In this document: piece by piece, positions 24,901 to 33,050 of the stretch | How positions within the stretch are numbered: position 1 is the first letter of the stretch | Layout of the letters: every line of letters starts with the position of its first letter | Virus record (IMG/VR): IMGVR_UViG_3300013830_000001 | Source of the DNA: a virus | Reading direction: 5' to 3' (one strand) | DNA: 47,394 nt | Notes under the pieces: generated by a model | Told to the model about the DNA's origin: nothing | What the model saw: the letters and a program-made list of their open reading frames with translations, nothing else | The model's database searches: none | Made by a program: the position numbers and the translations under genes

Positions 24901-26336
24901 GCTGTCACCTCAGCAATTAATTTGCCCCCTGATTCAAACTGTGAGTAATACACAATGCCCGCAAGCACGAAATGGACGCACGGCAGAGCGACGCCGTTGC
25001 CCCACAGCTTATATGCCGCACTGTCGGAATACGGATCTGTGAGCCATTTCCTGATCTGCTTTGAGGTCTTCGGCTTGCCGTCAGGATTCGTTGCCTTTCG
25101 CCATGTCTCGAACACCTTATACCAGAAGTACATCTCCTCATCGGTCGGCTTTTCCGTTCCGAGATCATCGCACCACCAATCGGGAAATCCCTGCAGCCTT
25201 GCACACTCGGTCGGTGTCAGCCTGCGGACGATGTAATCCGCTTCATCCTTATCGTTGATGAGCGGAGGGTCTTTATAATCTGTTGCCATAAGCGTGGATG
25301 CCGTTTCTTCGGTCGCTTCTGTGAAGAAAGATGTCCTGCTCGAAGAGTATGTCGGCTCTGCGACTGCGCCCGGTCCCTTTGCCACCACCATCGTAGGCTC
25401 GATTTCCTCCTCGACCGCAATATTGCTGTCTTTAGGACCGAAACCATAGACCTTCGGCTGGAACAGCGTCTGGTCGTTATGGGTGCCGAGCGTAGCGGAC
25501 TTATCATCCTGTATCAAAGCGCCCTTGCCGCCGCCCTCGCAGCCGGAGCGGATCTTCAGCGTTTTCGGTGTCTCCACCACGAACGGCTGATTGTTGCCGC
25601 CCGTTTGGTCGTTTAAACAGACAGTGCCTGCCTCTCCAGAGCCTTCCGGAGAGGGACCGGCAGTCCCTTGCCACGAGCGGAAGCCCTGCGGAGTATACCC
25701 AGACAGGCCTTCGGACTCAAATAGTATTTTTCCGGCACATCCGCCTGTAAAATCTGCGACAAGGTAGATGCGTTTCCTGCGCTGGGGAACTCCCCAGTAC
25801 TGAGCATCAAATACCCGCCATGCGACGGAGTAATCGTCTGCCATGATGCATCCTGCGTTTGGCCACTTCTTCGGTCGAGGAGTATCAGCTTCACTGTCCT
25901 TGACCCGGCAGATTTCATCGAGGACGGCTTTGAAGTCCTCGCCTTTGTTTGAACTGAAAGCGCCTGGGACGTTTTCCCAGACGATGTATCTCGGATATTT
26001 TCCATCGGTTGCACACCTCATTTCCTTTACGATTCGGACGGCTTCATAGAAAAGCCCGGAGCGGTTGCCGTCCAGGCCTTCACGTTTGCCTGCGAGGCTC
26101 ATGTCCTGACAAGGGCTGCCGAAGGTGATGATGTCCACGGGAGGGAGTTTTGCCCCATCAATGGCGGACACGTCACCGTAGTGTTTCATAAACGGCAGCC
26201 GCTTGGTGGTCACCCGAATAGGAAACGGCTCGATCTCCGATGCCCACAAGGGAACGATGCCGGAAATCAAGCCGCCTAAAGGAAAACCGCCGGAGCCGTC
26301 AAAGAGGCTGCCGAGCGTCAATTTATTCTGTTCCAT
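24897..26336 (-). CDS. DNA (cytosine-5)-methyltransferase
   Basis: 479 aa; motif I LFDGSGG, motif IV FGSPCQDMS, motif VI ENVPG, C-terminal RRLTPTECARLQGFPDWW and GNGVALP. Confidence 0.9.
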   Translation of the reverse strand: MEQNKLTLGSLFDGSGGFPLGGLISGIVPLWASEIEPFPIRVTTKRLPFMKHYGDVSAIDGAKLPPVDIITFGSPCQDMSLAGKREGLDGNRSGLFYEAVRIVKEMRCATDGKYPRYIVWENVPGAFSSNKGEDFKAVLDEICRVKDSEADTPRPKKWPNAGCIMADDYSVAWRVFDAQYWGVPQRRKRIYLVADFTGGCAGKILFESEGLSGYTPQGFRSWQGTAGPSPEGSGEAGTVCLNDQTGGNNQPFVVETPKTLKIRSGCEGGGKGALIQDDKSATLGTHNDQTLFQPKVYGFGPKDSNIAVEEEIEPTMVVAKGPGAVAEPTYSSSRTSFFTEATEETASTLMATDYKDPPLINDKDEADYIVRRLTPTECARLQGFPDWWCDDLGTEKPTDEEMYFWYKVFETWRKATNPDGKPKTSKQIRKWLTDPYSDSAAYKLWGNGVALPCVHFVLAGIVYYSQFESGGKLIAEVTA

Positions 26337-26583
26337 CGGGGAGTTCCACCTCCTTCACAAGGTCGGCATAGGGTATCTGTTTCCCGTCCCGCTCCACAAA
26401 AATATCCTCCGGCGCGATACCGTTCTCCACGGCTCTGCGGAGGATGACCGATGCGTACTTTTCATCCAGTTCCATCTCAAGCGCAGCGGTAAGGTCGAAA
26501 TCATCGTCCTTCGCCCCAGAGTCATTTTCATCCTTATTGTTTCCTTTATATCCCCAATACGGGAGAAGATCAGAGCTCTTCAC
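26323..26583 (-). CDS. Small acidic ORF whose N-terminus derives from the duplicated lipase 5' fragment
   Basis: 86 aa from a GTG; (M)KSSDLLPYWGYKGNN matches lipase residues 21-35 apart from one N-to-S change, then unrelated acidic sequence; overlaps the C5-MTase start. Confidence 0.4.
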   Translation of the reverse strand: MKSSDLLPYWGYKGNNKDENDSGAKDDDFDLTAALEMELDEKYASVILRRAVENGIAPEDIFVERDGKQIPYADLVKEVELPDGTE

Positions 26584-26628
26584 TTCGTCTTCGTGTCCGT
26601 AGCCGTAAAGGCCATGGATGAGTACAAT
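26536..26628. repeat. 93-nt direct repeat, copy 2 (orphan lipase 5' fragment)
   Basis: See 24796-24888; the spacing between copies is exactly 1740 bp. Confidence 0.9.
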
Positions 26629-27500
26629 TGATTCAAGTCGTCCACAATTTCCTTTTCTCTGTCTGACAGAGTGACGAGTATTTCATTTTTAGCTTCCGCA
26701 CGAGTCTGCTCGGCCGCACGAATCTGCTCTTCCGCACGAATCTGCTCTTCCGCACGAATCTGCTCGGCCGCACGAATCCGATCGGCCACCCTGTCACTTA
26801 CAAGGAAGCTGCCCCCGAACGGATTATATCCGCAATCCAAATATTTAATATAATCGCACTCGTCGTTCATCAATTCAAATGGGGTTCCGTGTCTTGCCAT
26901 CCGTGTGATGTCCTTCATGCCGATTAGATTTTTTGGAGTGTGATACACTCTTCTGTCTTTCTTGCGCTTTCCTGCCGCTTCAAGCTTGTCTTTTAACTCA
27001 GGTGACACGATAACCGCGTGTGAAGTGTCAAGGTTTGTAACGAAACACGTGTTTACTTTTGCCCCATTTTCATAGGTGATCCTTCCATCGCAAAAAATTG
27101 TACAAATATTCCGTAATAAGGAAGCAGTAGAACACAACTCTGGCGCAAAAAGAAAGAACTTCACTCCGCTTTTGGTATAGAAGTCTAGTATCTTGCTGAG
27201 AATAGAAAAAGGCGGGTTGTCAACGACAACCGCCCATTCAGGGTACTGTTCGTTTTCATAGTCCCCGCCTGGATAGAAAGGCCTGACAAAATTGTCACGC
27301 TTAACGCCATACTGTTTTTCAACAAACTCACACACTACGTCATATATATCGGAGGGGGTATAGCAGTCATCAGTGGTTTTCTTCGGGGTTTTCTTCGGCT
27401 TAAACTTGTCTACAAAATTGTTGTACTGGTCGTTGCCGCTCTCGTGTGCGTCTCCAATTGAGGATTCAGTAATTGCGCGGTCATACTCAGCGTTTTTCAT
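26580..27500 (-). CDS. Putative N6-adenine (or N4-cytosine) DNA methyltransferase with a hexapeptide-repeat linker
   Basis: 306 aa; DDCYTPSDIYD followed by VVDNPPFS (the (D/N)PP(Y/F) catalytic motif), as in phage Dam-type enzymes. Its last 17 codons read the lipase-derived repeat out of frame. Confidence 0.6.
   Translation of the reverse strand: MKNAEYDRAITESSIGDAHESGNDQYNNFVDKFKPKKTPKKTTDDCYTPSDIYDVVCEFVEKQYGVKRDNFVRPFYPGGDYENEQYPEWAVVVDNPPFSILSKILDFYTKSGVKFFLFAPELCSTASLLRNICTIFCDGRITYENGAKVNTCFVTNLDTSHAVIVSPELKDKLEAAGKRKKDRRVYHTPKNLIGMKDITRMARHGTPFELMNDECDYIKYLDCGYNPFGGSFLVSDRVADRIRAAEQIRAEEQIRAEEQIRAAEQTRAEAKNEILVTLSDREKEIVDDLNQLYSSMAFTATDTKTK
26696..26785. repeat. 5 x 18-bp tandem repeat inside the MTase-like gene
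   Basis: ccgcacgaatctgctctt-type units; encode RIRAAEQIRAEEQIRAEEQIRAAEQTRAEA on the minus strand. Confidence 0.9.
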
Positions 27501-27631
27501 CTAACTCTCCTAAAAATATGCACAAAAAATGCGCTCCACTTTGTACAAGCAGAACGCAAAAAATATAGAAGTTCTTTACATACTCTTTAATGCAAAAAAT
27601 ATTGTGTTAAATCAGCTCGACTTTAAAGAAG

Positions 27632-27661
27632 CAACACCCTCGCCAACCGGCGGGGGTGTTG
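27632..27661 (-). terminator. 13-bp GC-rich hairpin (possible terminator/processing site)
   Basis: CAACACCCTCGCC-AACC-GGCGGGGGTGTTG as read on the plus strand; on the minus strand it is followed only by CTTCTTTAAAG (weak U-tract). Confidence 0.4.
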
Positions 27662-27828
27662 TCATGCTGATCGCTGCCGCGAAAGGAGATGACGCGTGGG
27701 AAGATTCCAGTAAAAAACCAGCGCTTGGAAAACGGCAGCTTTTAACAACGGGCAAAGAAATTGGGTACTTCATGCAATTTCCTCCATTTTGGCATTTTTT
27801 GAAATTTCAGCTTTTTCAGTAAAAATGA

Positions 27829-27913
27829 GGCAGAGACAAAGCACCAGCAAAGTAGCGGAAGTGGTCCTTTTTCGATAAAAGCTGAAGTACAGGAATATGG
27901 GCCTGTCTCTGCC
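27829..27913 (-). other. Structured non-coding element closed by a 10-bp stem
   Basis: Minus strand GGCAGAGACA ...65 nt... TGTCTCTGCC followed by TCATTTTTAC; no tRNA features. Confidence 0.4.
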
Positions 27914-27916
27914 CCT

Positions 27917-27948
27917 AAGAAAAAGCACTCACCTTTTCGGAAAGTGCT
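27917..27948 (-). terminator. Intrinsic terminator about 75 nt downstream of promoter-like element B
   Basis: Minus strand AGCACT-ttccgaaaaggtg-AGTGCT followed by TTTTTCTT. Confidence 0.5.
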
Positions 27949-28019
27949 CTTTCTTAGACTTTGTGAATCTTTAATTGGAGTTGAGTTCATGGAGATTTTG
28001 ACTTTCTCACGACACTATT

Positions 28020-28049
28020 ATTGTAGCTTGTTTTATGTCCTTCAAATAC
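28020..28049 (-). promoter_or_regulatory. Late promoter-like element, copy B (GTATTTGAAGGACATAAAACAAGCTACAAT)
   Basis: 26/30 identical to copy A; part of a longer ~70-nt direct repeat (27975-28052 versus 28354-28418). Confidence 0.5.
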
Positions 28050-28073
28050 TGGATTTGTTAGCAATGATAGGCA

Positions 28074-28105
28074 TAAAAAAAGCCCGTGGGGTGCAACCCA
28101 CAGGC
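28074..28105 (-). terminator. Strong intrinsic terminator about 280 nt downstream of promoter-like element A
   Basis: Minus strand GCCTGTGGG-TTGCAC-CCCACGGGC followed by TTTTTTTT. Confidence 0.8.
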
Positions 28106-28381
28106 GAAGAGGAAACAGTCTATTTACTTTAAGGGTAATAAATTTATGTTCCATTTATATTATATCAAGAGGTGATTTCTTCAATTTCCTTATTCTTCCA
28201 AGTGCTCCCCCAGCCTCGGCAACTAGGGGGAACACAAAAATAAGTAGAAAGGAGAATCGCATGAAAGAAGATAACCTATAAATTCGCTATTTTCAGAAAT
28301 GGCCGGAAAAGCTTTCGCTCTCCCGGCCTTGGGAAAATGGAAAATTATGAAAAAGATTGAGTTATCAAACTTCACAACTAT

Positions 28382-28411
28382 ATTGTAGCTAAGTTGATGT
28401 CCTTCAAATAC
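28382..28411 (-). promoter_or_regulatory. Late promoter-like element, copy A (GTATTTGAAGGACATCAACTTAGCTACAAT)
   Basis: Begins 6 nt after the stop of the putative late regulator gene; shares GTATTTGARGGACA...TAYAAT with copies B and C. Confidence 0.5.
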
Positions 28412-28416
28412 CGGAA

Positions 28417-28842
28417 TTAAATTTTTTCAGAAATTTCTTTGTAAAACTTCCTTCGCAGCAAATAATAGGTTTCACGTCCACAGGGCATCCGTAAAATTTC
28501 ATGTAGATAGTTATAAGTCGCTTTTTCGTCAGTTACGCCTCTTTTGAGATAAGAAGCTAAATCTCCACCTACCTCATCAGCCGTATTTTCGATTATTTCA
28601 ATTTTTTTTGATAATTTTGCTCTCTGTTCAACAGCTTGCGCGACTGGATCTGAAATTCCGTTTCCATGTGGCATTCCGTCAGTATTTATCCCCTTGTAAG
28701 TCTGGCAGAGCTCGGCATACTTCCTCTTATACTCCTGATATCCATAGCAAAAATGCACAGTGGAGATGTAAGTATGCTTTGGCAGCCAGTATGGGCTATC
28801 TTGTGCTGGAACTCTCATGTTTGGAATCGTAACCACCTTCAA
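28417..28842 (-). CDS. Putative late-gene transcription regulator (sigma region-4-like; RinA/ArpU/Xpf-type)
   Basis: 141 aa, last gene of the early operon; ..GMPHGNGISDPVAQAVEQRAKLSKKIEIIENT.. and C-terminal ..MPCGRETYYLLRRKFYKEIS resemble small phage sigma-like activators. The track start is TTG; the ATG at 28818 is an alternative. Confidence 0.45.
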   Translation of the reverse strand: MKVVTIPNMRVPAQDSPYWLPKHTYISTVHFCYGYQEYKRKYAELCQTYKGINTDGMPHGNGISDPVAQAVEQRAKLSKKIEIIENTADEVGGDLASYLKRGVTDEKATYNYLHEILRMPCGRETYYLLRRKFYKEISEKI

Positions 28843-28966
28843 ATTTCTTGCTATTTAAGTCATCAAGCTTTGTGGCAAAATCTGCTTCGGTTGCAATCCA
28901 GCTGACAAACCAAAAATTCAGAAGTACCAAAATCAACGAAACAATAACCAGAATTGCAATAATCAT
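28796..28966 (-). CDS. 56-aa small membrane protein (below the ORF-track cut-off)
   Basis: ATG overlaps the stop of the DUF3310-like gene (ATGA); MIIAILVIVSLILVLLNFWFVSWIA TM segment, then a polar tail. Confidence 0.45.
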   Translation of the reverse strand: MIIAILVIVSLILVLLNFWFVSWIATEADFATKLDDLNSKKFEGGYDSKHESSSTR

Positions 28967-29202
28967 TCCTCGCATTCTTCAGCCTCTCTTTCTCGCTCCT
29001 CTTCAATTTCGAACTCAAGATACGTTTTTGCTTTTTCCAAGTCTTCCAATCTGGATACTCCCGGCTTGCTCCCAGCACGAAAAATGTATTTGATAACGTT
29101 TCCAAGAGCGAAATTCATGTCCCAATTCTGAATTACCCTTATAGGCTCGATTTTATCAGAAGTTTTGTAATACTCAGGTCTTATCAAGGCAAATCCTCCC
29201 AA
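28963..29202 (-). CDS. DUF3310-family phage protein
   Basis: 79 aa; ..IEPIRVIQNWDMNFALGNVIKYIFRAGSKPG..EDLEKAKTYL.. is the characteristic DUF3310 pattern. Confidence 0.75.
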   Translation of the reverse strand: MGGFALIRPEYYKTSDKIEPIRVIQNWDMNFALGNVIKYIFRAGSKPGVSRLEDLEKAKTYLEFEIEEEREREAEECEE

Positions 29203-29717
29203 ATTTTGACTTCTACTCGCGGTATGGTGCTGTATAGCTTCCTTCCGTAGACGTTGGCTATAACTTTATCATCTTTGAACGCAATCCCTTGTAGGCCGTC
29301 TAGGACGATTTTAATAACATTGTCGATATCAGGCTTTTTCATGGGGACAAGCTCTCCGTTCAGCATTGCTGCTCTTTTCGTCTTGCTGACCGATTTTGGG
29401 ATTTTGTAAAAAGCATTAACCGACACATTCAGAGCTGATTCTTCCGGGAATTGGTAACTCTCGCAGTACTTGAGATATTCATATGCAACTCGCTTTTCAT
29501 AGTCTTTCGTATTTTGGTCAGTATAGGCATGTCCCTTCTTCGTGAATCTGGGTCTCCCCTTGCCTCTCGGCTCCCCAACCACTGTAAATTGCTTTTTAAT
29601 CAATCGCTCACCTCTTATATCTTGGCTCCACTTTTTCATAGAGAGATTCAAGGTCAATTCCCGCACCCTGAAGCTTTTTGGTGCATATCCATCCATCTTC
29701 ATCCGCTCCAAGTTCAT
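29184..29717 (-). CDS. rusA: Holliday junction resolvase RusA
   Basis: ..FTVVGEPRGKGRPRFTKKGHAYTDQNTKDYE.. and ..PDIDNVIKIVLDGLQGIAFKDDKVI... The track ORF overlaps the upstream gene by 110 nt; the real start is probably internal (for example the ATG at 29639). Confidence 0.8.
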   Translation of the reverse strand: MNLERMKMDGYAPKSFRVRELTLNLSMKKWSQDIRGERLIKKQFTVVGEPRGKGRPRFTKKGHAYTDQNTKDYEKRVAYEYLKYCESYQFPEESALNVSVNAFYKIPKSVSKTKRAAMLNGELVPMKKPDIDNVIKIVLDGLQGIAFKDDKVIANVYGRKLYSTIPRVEVKIWEDLP

Positions 29718-29952
29718 AGCGTTCTCTCAGCTCTTCATGGAGCGTGGAATAGGTATCCACAAAACGCTTCAGCCGTTTTTCTCCAAATCCAAACTCATTG
29801 TGAAGGACAAACAGGATGGTTGCCAGTTCATCCATAAAAAGACGGTCTCCAATTTTAACTAACTCTTCTTTTACCTCTCTTTTTATGTCCTGCTTGATTG
29901 AATTCAGCTGCTGAGAAGACAGATATTGATTTGCGCTAACATGAGCCTTCAT
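29608..29952 (-). CDS. Hypothetical protein
   Basis: 114 aa, in-operon, no motif recognised. Confidence 0.5.
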   Translation of the reverse strand: MKAHVSANQYLSSQQLNSIKQDIKREVKEELVKIGDRLFMDELATILFVLHNEFGFGEKRLKRFVDTYSTLHEELRERYELGADEDGWICTKKLQGAGIDLESLYEKVEPRYKR

Positions 29953-29961
29953 TTTCTACAC

Positions 29962-30168
29962 CTACTGTTCGTCAAATATAATTTTTGCTTTTGGTGGAAT
30001 TCTCAGCAGAATTCCAACCACTTCATCAGCTGTCTTGTCTAGCTGATCTGCGATGTCGTCGTTCACGGAGAGCGTCAGCGTCTTGCCCAGTATCGGCGAT
30101 GAGCGGTAGTCCTTGATCTGGCCTGCAACTTTTAGCTTCATCAGAGCTGTCAAACTTGATACCGTCAA
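29962..30168 (-). CDS. Hypothetical small protein
   Basis: 68 aa from a TTG (ATG at 30141 is an alternative); no clear SD. Confidence 0.35.
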   Translation of the reverse strand: MTVSSLTALMKLKVAGQIKDYRSSPILGKTLTLSVNDDIADQLDKTADEVVGILLRIPPKAKIIFDEQ

Positions 30169-30210
30169 CTACGGTTTTTTTCGCATTATATTTTCTGTAC
30201 ACTTGTCCAC

Positions 30211-30609
30211 CTATTTAGAACGGTAACAGTTCTTCTCAATTTCGTTAAAGTCGTACGCTGTGGTTTTACCTAAATACAAAAAGCTCATCGCATTAATTCT
30301 CTGAAGAGTCAGACCTTCAATTCTGTTTTCAGGAGTCTTTTTCAGACTGTGACCACTCGTATTGACATTGCTGAGATAAGTGCACGGTGGATGTGCAATG
30401 ATTAAGTCCCAGTGCTCAACTTCAATCTTCTCTCCTGTCTGAAGCCGCATTACCCCCCCCGAAATAACAGACAGGCTGTCGTCTAAAATGTGCCATTCAG
30501 GGTGTCCGCCGCTGCACTTTTTGATGTCACTGCTATAGGCGTTGTGTCCTCGCTTCCGAAACTCAATGCAAGTTCTCTGTGACTCCTCACAAGCTACTAA
30601 AACGTTCAT
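30211..30609 (-). CDS. Conserved phage protein with ACEESQ ... HPPCT motifs (C5-MTase-like fold suspected, function unknown)
   Basis: 132 aa; MNVLVACEESQ..GGHPEWHI..DLIIAHPPCTYLS; the pattern recurs in prophage proteins of unknown function. Confidence 0.5.
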   Translation of the reverse strand: MNVLVACEESQRTCIEFRKRGHNAYSSDIKKCSGGHPEWHILDDSLSVISGGVMRLQTGEKIEVEHWDLIIAHPPCTYLSNVNTSGHSLKKTPENRIEGLTLQRINAMSFLYLGKTTAYDFNEIEKNCYRSK

Positions 30610-30621
30610 ACATCGTCCTCC

Positions 30622-31092
30622 TTAGAACGGCAGGTCGTCGTCGCTACCATCTATTAGCCGTGCCAACGGGATTCCGTCATCTTCTGCTGTTGCATTACTA
30701 AACCCCGTGTTGCGTTTATAGCTATTATTATTTCTTTCCATGTTGTTTTGGTTGCTCTGTACGGTTTTGCTTCCATAGTCTCCGCAAAAAGAAATGTCAC
30801 GGGCTAAGATTTCCGTTGTATAAACTTTTTCGCCATCCTGGTTCGTGTAACTTCCTGCTTCAATCTTTCCGCTTATAGCAATCAATTTACCCTTTGAAAA
30901 GTTCCTACAAATAAATTCCGCTGTTCCACGCCATGCAATGCAGTTAATAAAATCCGCTTTCTTTTCCTCTCCTTGCTTCTTAGGACGGTCAACGGCTACT
31001 GTGAACCGTGTATAGTTTATACCGTTGCTAGTGGTTTTTAACTCCGCGTCTTTCGTGAGCCGGCCCATGATGATAGCACAATTAATTGACAT
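30622..31092 (-). CDS. ssb: Single-stranded DNA-binding protein
   Basis: 156 aa; OB-fold N-terminus MSINCAIIMGRLTKDAELK.., acidic tip DGSDDDLPF. Confidence 0.9.
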   Translation of the reverse strand: MSINCAIIMGRLTKDAELKTTSNGINYTRFTVAVDRPKKQGEEKKADFINCIAWRGTAEFICRNFSKGKLIAISGKIEAGSYTNQDGEKVYTTEILARDISFCGDYGSKTVQSNQNNMERNNNSYKRNTGFSNATAEDDGIPLARLIDGSDDDLPF

Positions 31093-31148
31093 TGAAATAC
31101 CTCTTTTGATTATCTATGTAGGGCGGCATTTTGCCGCCCATTGTTTAT

Positions 31149-31967
31149 TTACTTGCTTTCTTCCTGTTCCTCTTCCACTATCTGCGACGTCTGCGATATA
31201 GTTAGACACGGCGTGTCAATCACGTTAGGTTCTGCGGACATATCGTCTGAAATGGTAGTTTTAATCGTTTCATCTGTTGAAACTTCTCTCATAAACTCCG
31301 CGGAAAGTGGCGCATATTTCAACGCCTTTTTAAGAACGGTCTTTTTTGCCATTTCTTCAAAATTTGTTGTCCATGGGGAAGTGTACCCCGAACTATAAGC
31401 CTTGCTATACTTCTTTGCATGTTCTTTTACTTCATCAATACTCATACACTCAAAACCATATCCGCCGCCCTTAGTCTTGAACACGGCATAAACTTTAATC
31501 GGTTCTCCTCGTTCCCCGTCTGCTGGAATATGTTCAAGTTCTGGTTCAAGTCCATATTTGATTTTAAATTCATCGTTTCTATAAACAACATGTGACTGTA
31601 TCGTTACAACTTCGCCAGACCTATAAGCAAGGTCTATCAAGCCCTTATATCCAATCTGGTAAGACGCTTCAATAACCCCATGATTACGGTATGGGATGAT
31701 ATAAGCCTGTCCAATCGGTGTGTTCGGCTCTAACCCTAATTGCGCCGAACTCATCATAGCACCTAAAAAACTTTGGGGCGTACACTCGCCCAATTTAGGG
31801 TTCGTAGAAATAGCGGATAAAACCATTCTTGTAAATCGTTCTGGACTAATAACCGACGGCAACGCCTTTGCTATTTCGCCCTGCATTTCCTTGACGTAAG
31901 ACTGCATGTTTTTATGGTTTCCGTTCTGCATTGCCTGTTCTTTTTTCTGAATAATATCGTTTGCCAT
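31149..31967 (-). CDS. recT: RecT-family single-strand annealing protein
   Basis: 272 aa; ..PERFTRMVLSAISTNPKLGECTPQSFLGAMMSSAQLGLEPNTPIGQAYIIPY.. Confidence 0.85.
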   Translation of the reverse strand: MANDIIQKKEQAMQNGNHKNMQSYVKEMQGEIAKALPSVISPERFTRMVLSAISTNPKLGECTPQSFLGAMMSSAQLGLEPNTPIGQAYIIPYRNHGVIEASYQIGYKGLIDLAYRSGEVVTIQSHVVYRNDEFKIKYGLEPELEHIPADGERGEPIKVYAVFKTKGGGYGFECMSIDEVKEHAKKYSKAYSSGYTSPWTTNFEEMAKKTVLKKALKYAPLSAEFMREVSTDETIKTTISDDMSAEPNVIDTPCLTISQTSQIVEEEQEESK

Positions 31968-31969
31968 AG

Positions 31970-32911
31970 TTATTTATCCTTTCTTGAAAATCTGAACACC
32001 CTTGAACTTTTCGTAGTATAGTACGGTTCTAAGTCAATATTCGGGTTTTCCCTTGCGAACTTCTTAATATCGAAACTCTTTCTAGTTTGATTTTTCCAAG
32101 TGACTTTATAACCGTCATAAGTTCCAACGCTATACTCTTTCATTGCGTCCTTTATATGGTTTTCTTCAAATCTGATTTTGTCGTCAATTTCCTTTTTTTG
32201 CTCTTTTAGTCTGTACAAATTTTCAATGTTATTAGAGAGCGGTAAAAGGTCAATTTCCGTGTCGTTGCTTTCTGAATAAACTGCGCCTAGTGCTCTGCTA
32301 GTGCTTTCCGTATAGTCAACGGGCGGAGGCGTCTCGGTTTTGACGTATTCCCAAAACTGTCTTTCCATTCTCATTAATGCGGATATCTCTTCTTCATCTC
32401 GGTCCAGTTCAAACACATAAAAGCCACTAGAGAAAACCAGAACGGCCAAATATATTTTGTCCGCGCCTGTTACGGAAAGATAGTGTAACATTTGGGTGTA
32501 ATAAGTATCTGGATATTCGCCACTTTTGTATTTCTTTAAATTTAATTCGCTTGTTGTCTTGCACTCCAAAAGACTATTTTCACCAGAAACAACCCTATCA
32601 ACGTCTGCAAGCGCAAACGGGTAATAGGGATTTTTAATAATTGCGTTTTTACGTCTTACTTTCTTCCCCGTTTGTTCTTCAAAACGCTTAGCAACATAAT
32701 TTTCCAAGTCTCTTCCCTGTCTCATTCTCTCGTTATCTTCTATAGGCGGCAACTTTCCTAATTTGTCACAATATACCGCGTAAGGACTACGCCATTTATT
32801 TACTCCAATTACCGCGCCTGCGTCGCTACCGCCTATTCCTTGTTTTCTTTGTTCTATCCACTCTTCATGTGACATGTTTTTCGTATCAATATAAATCAAA
32901 TCCTTATACAT
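31970..32911 (-). CDS. YqaJ-like (lambda Exo-type) recombination exonuclease
   Basis: 313 aa; ..RKQGIGGSDAGAVIGVNKWRSPYAVY.., paired with recT. Confidence 0.8.
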   Translation of the reverse strand: MYKDLIYIDTKNMSHEEWIEQRKQGIGGSDAGAVIGVNKWRSPYAVYCDKLGKLPPIEDNERMRQGRDLENYVAKRFEEQTGKKVRRKNAIIKNPYYPFALADVDRVVSGENSLLECKTTSELNLKKYKSGEYPDTYYTQMLHYLSVTGADKIYLAVLVFSSGFYVFELDRDEEEISALMRMERQFWEYVKTETPPPVDYTESTSRALGAVYSESNDTEIDLLPLSNNIENLYRLKEQKKEIDDKIRFEENHIKDAMKEYSVGTYDGYKVTWKNQTRKSFDIKKFARENPNIDLEPYYTTKSSRVFRFSRKDK

Positions 32912-33050
32912 TCCCTTTCACTCCCTTGTTAAATATATTTCCAATGATAACCGCCCGCGGTTTTTTGCTTGCCTTTTAACGTTTTACCGCGCTTTCATTT
33001 GGTTCTTTCGGCCTTTCTGTCATTGTTTCCCCCTCTCTTTCTGCACTCGA

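Noticed and set aside
26696-26785. Tandem repeats as a possible CRISPR array (also 33650-33733 and 41849-41931)
   Set aside because: The units are contiguous with no spacers, lie in frame inside coding sequences, and no cas genes are present. They are a coding VNTR, iterons and fibre repeats respectively.
27612-27773. 53-aa minus-strand ORF with a good GGAGGA SD (MKYPISLPVVKSC...)
   Set aside because: The sequence is low-complexity and S/P/A-rich, the ORF contains the 13-bp GC hairpin, and nothing about it is recognisable. It may be a leader peptide, but the evidence is too weak to call a gene.
27829-27913. Possible tRNA or tRNA-like gene (about 90 nt closed by a long stem)
   Set aside because: It has no T-loop (GTTCRANYC) or D-loop consensus and no 7-bp acceptor stem plus cloverleaf. 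The 10-bp closing stem and interior do not fit a tRNA on either strand.
27529-28132. Track ORFs 27529-27822 (+), 27742-27990 (-) and 27944-28132 (+)
   Set aside because: They have no SD, use GTG or weak starts, give implausible sequences, and are crossed by terminators and repeats. I regard them as chance ORFs in a regulatory/ncRNA region.
31093-31148. GGGCGGCA-TTT-TGCCGCCC hairpin between recT and ssb (and a weaker one near 32960) as terminators
   Set aside because: Their T-tracts are on the plus strand, antisense to the operon, and on the coding strand no U-run follows. They might block antisense transcription or stabilise mRNA, but I cannot support a specific call.
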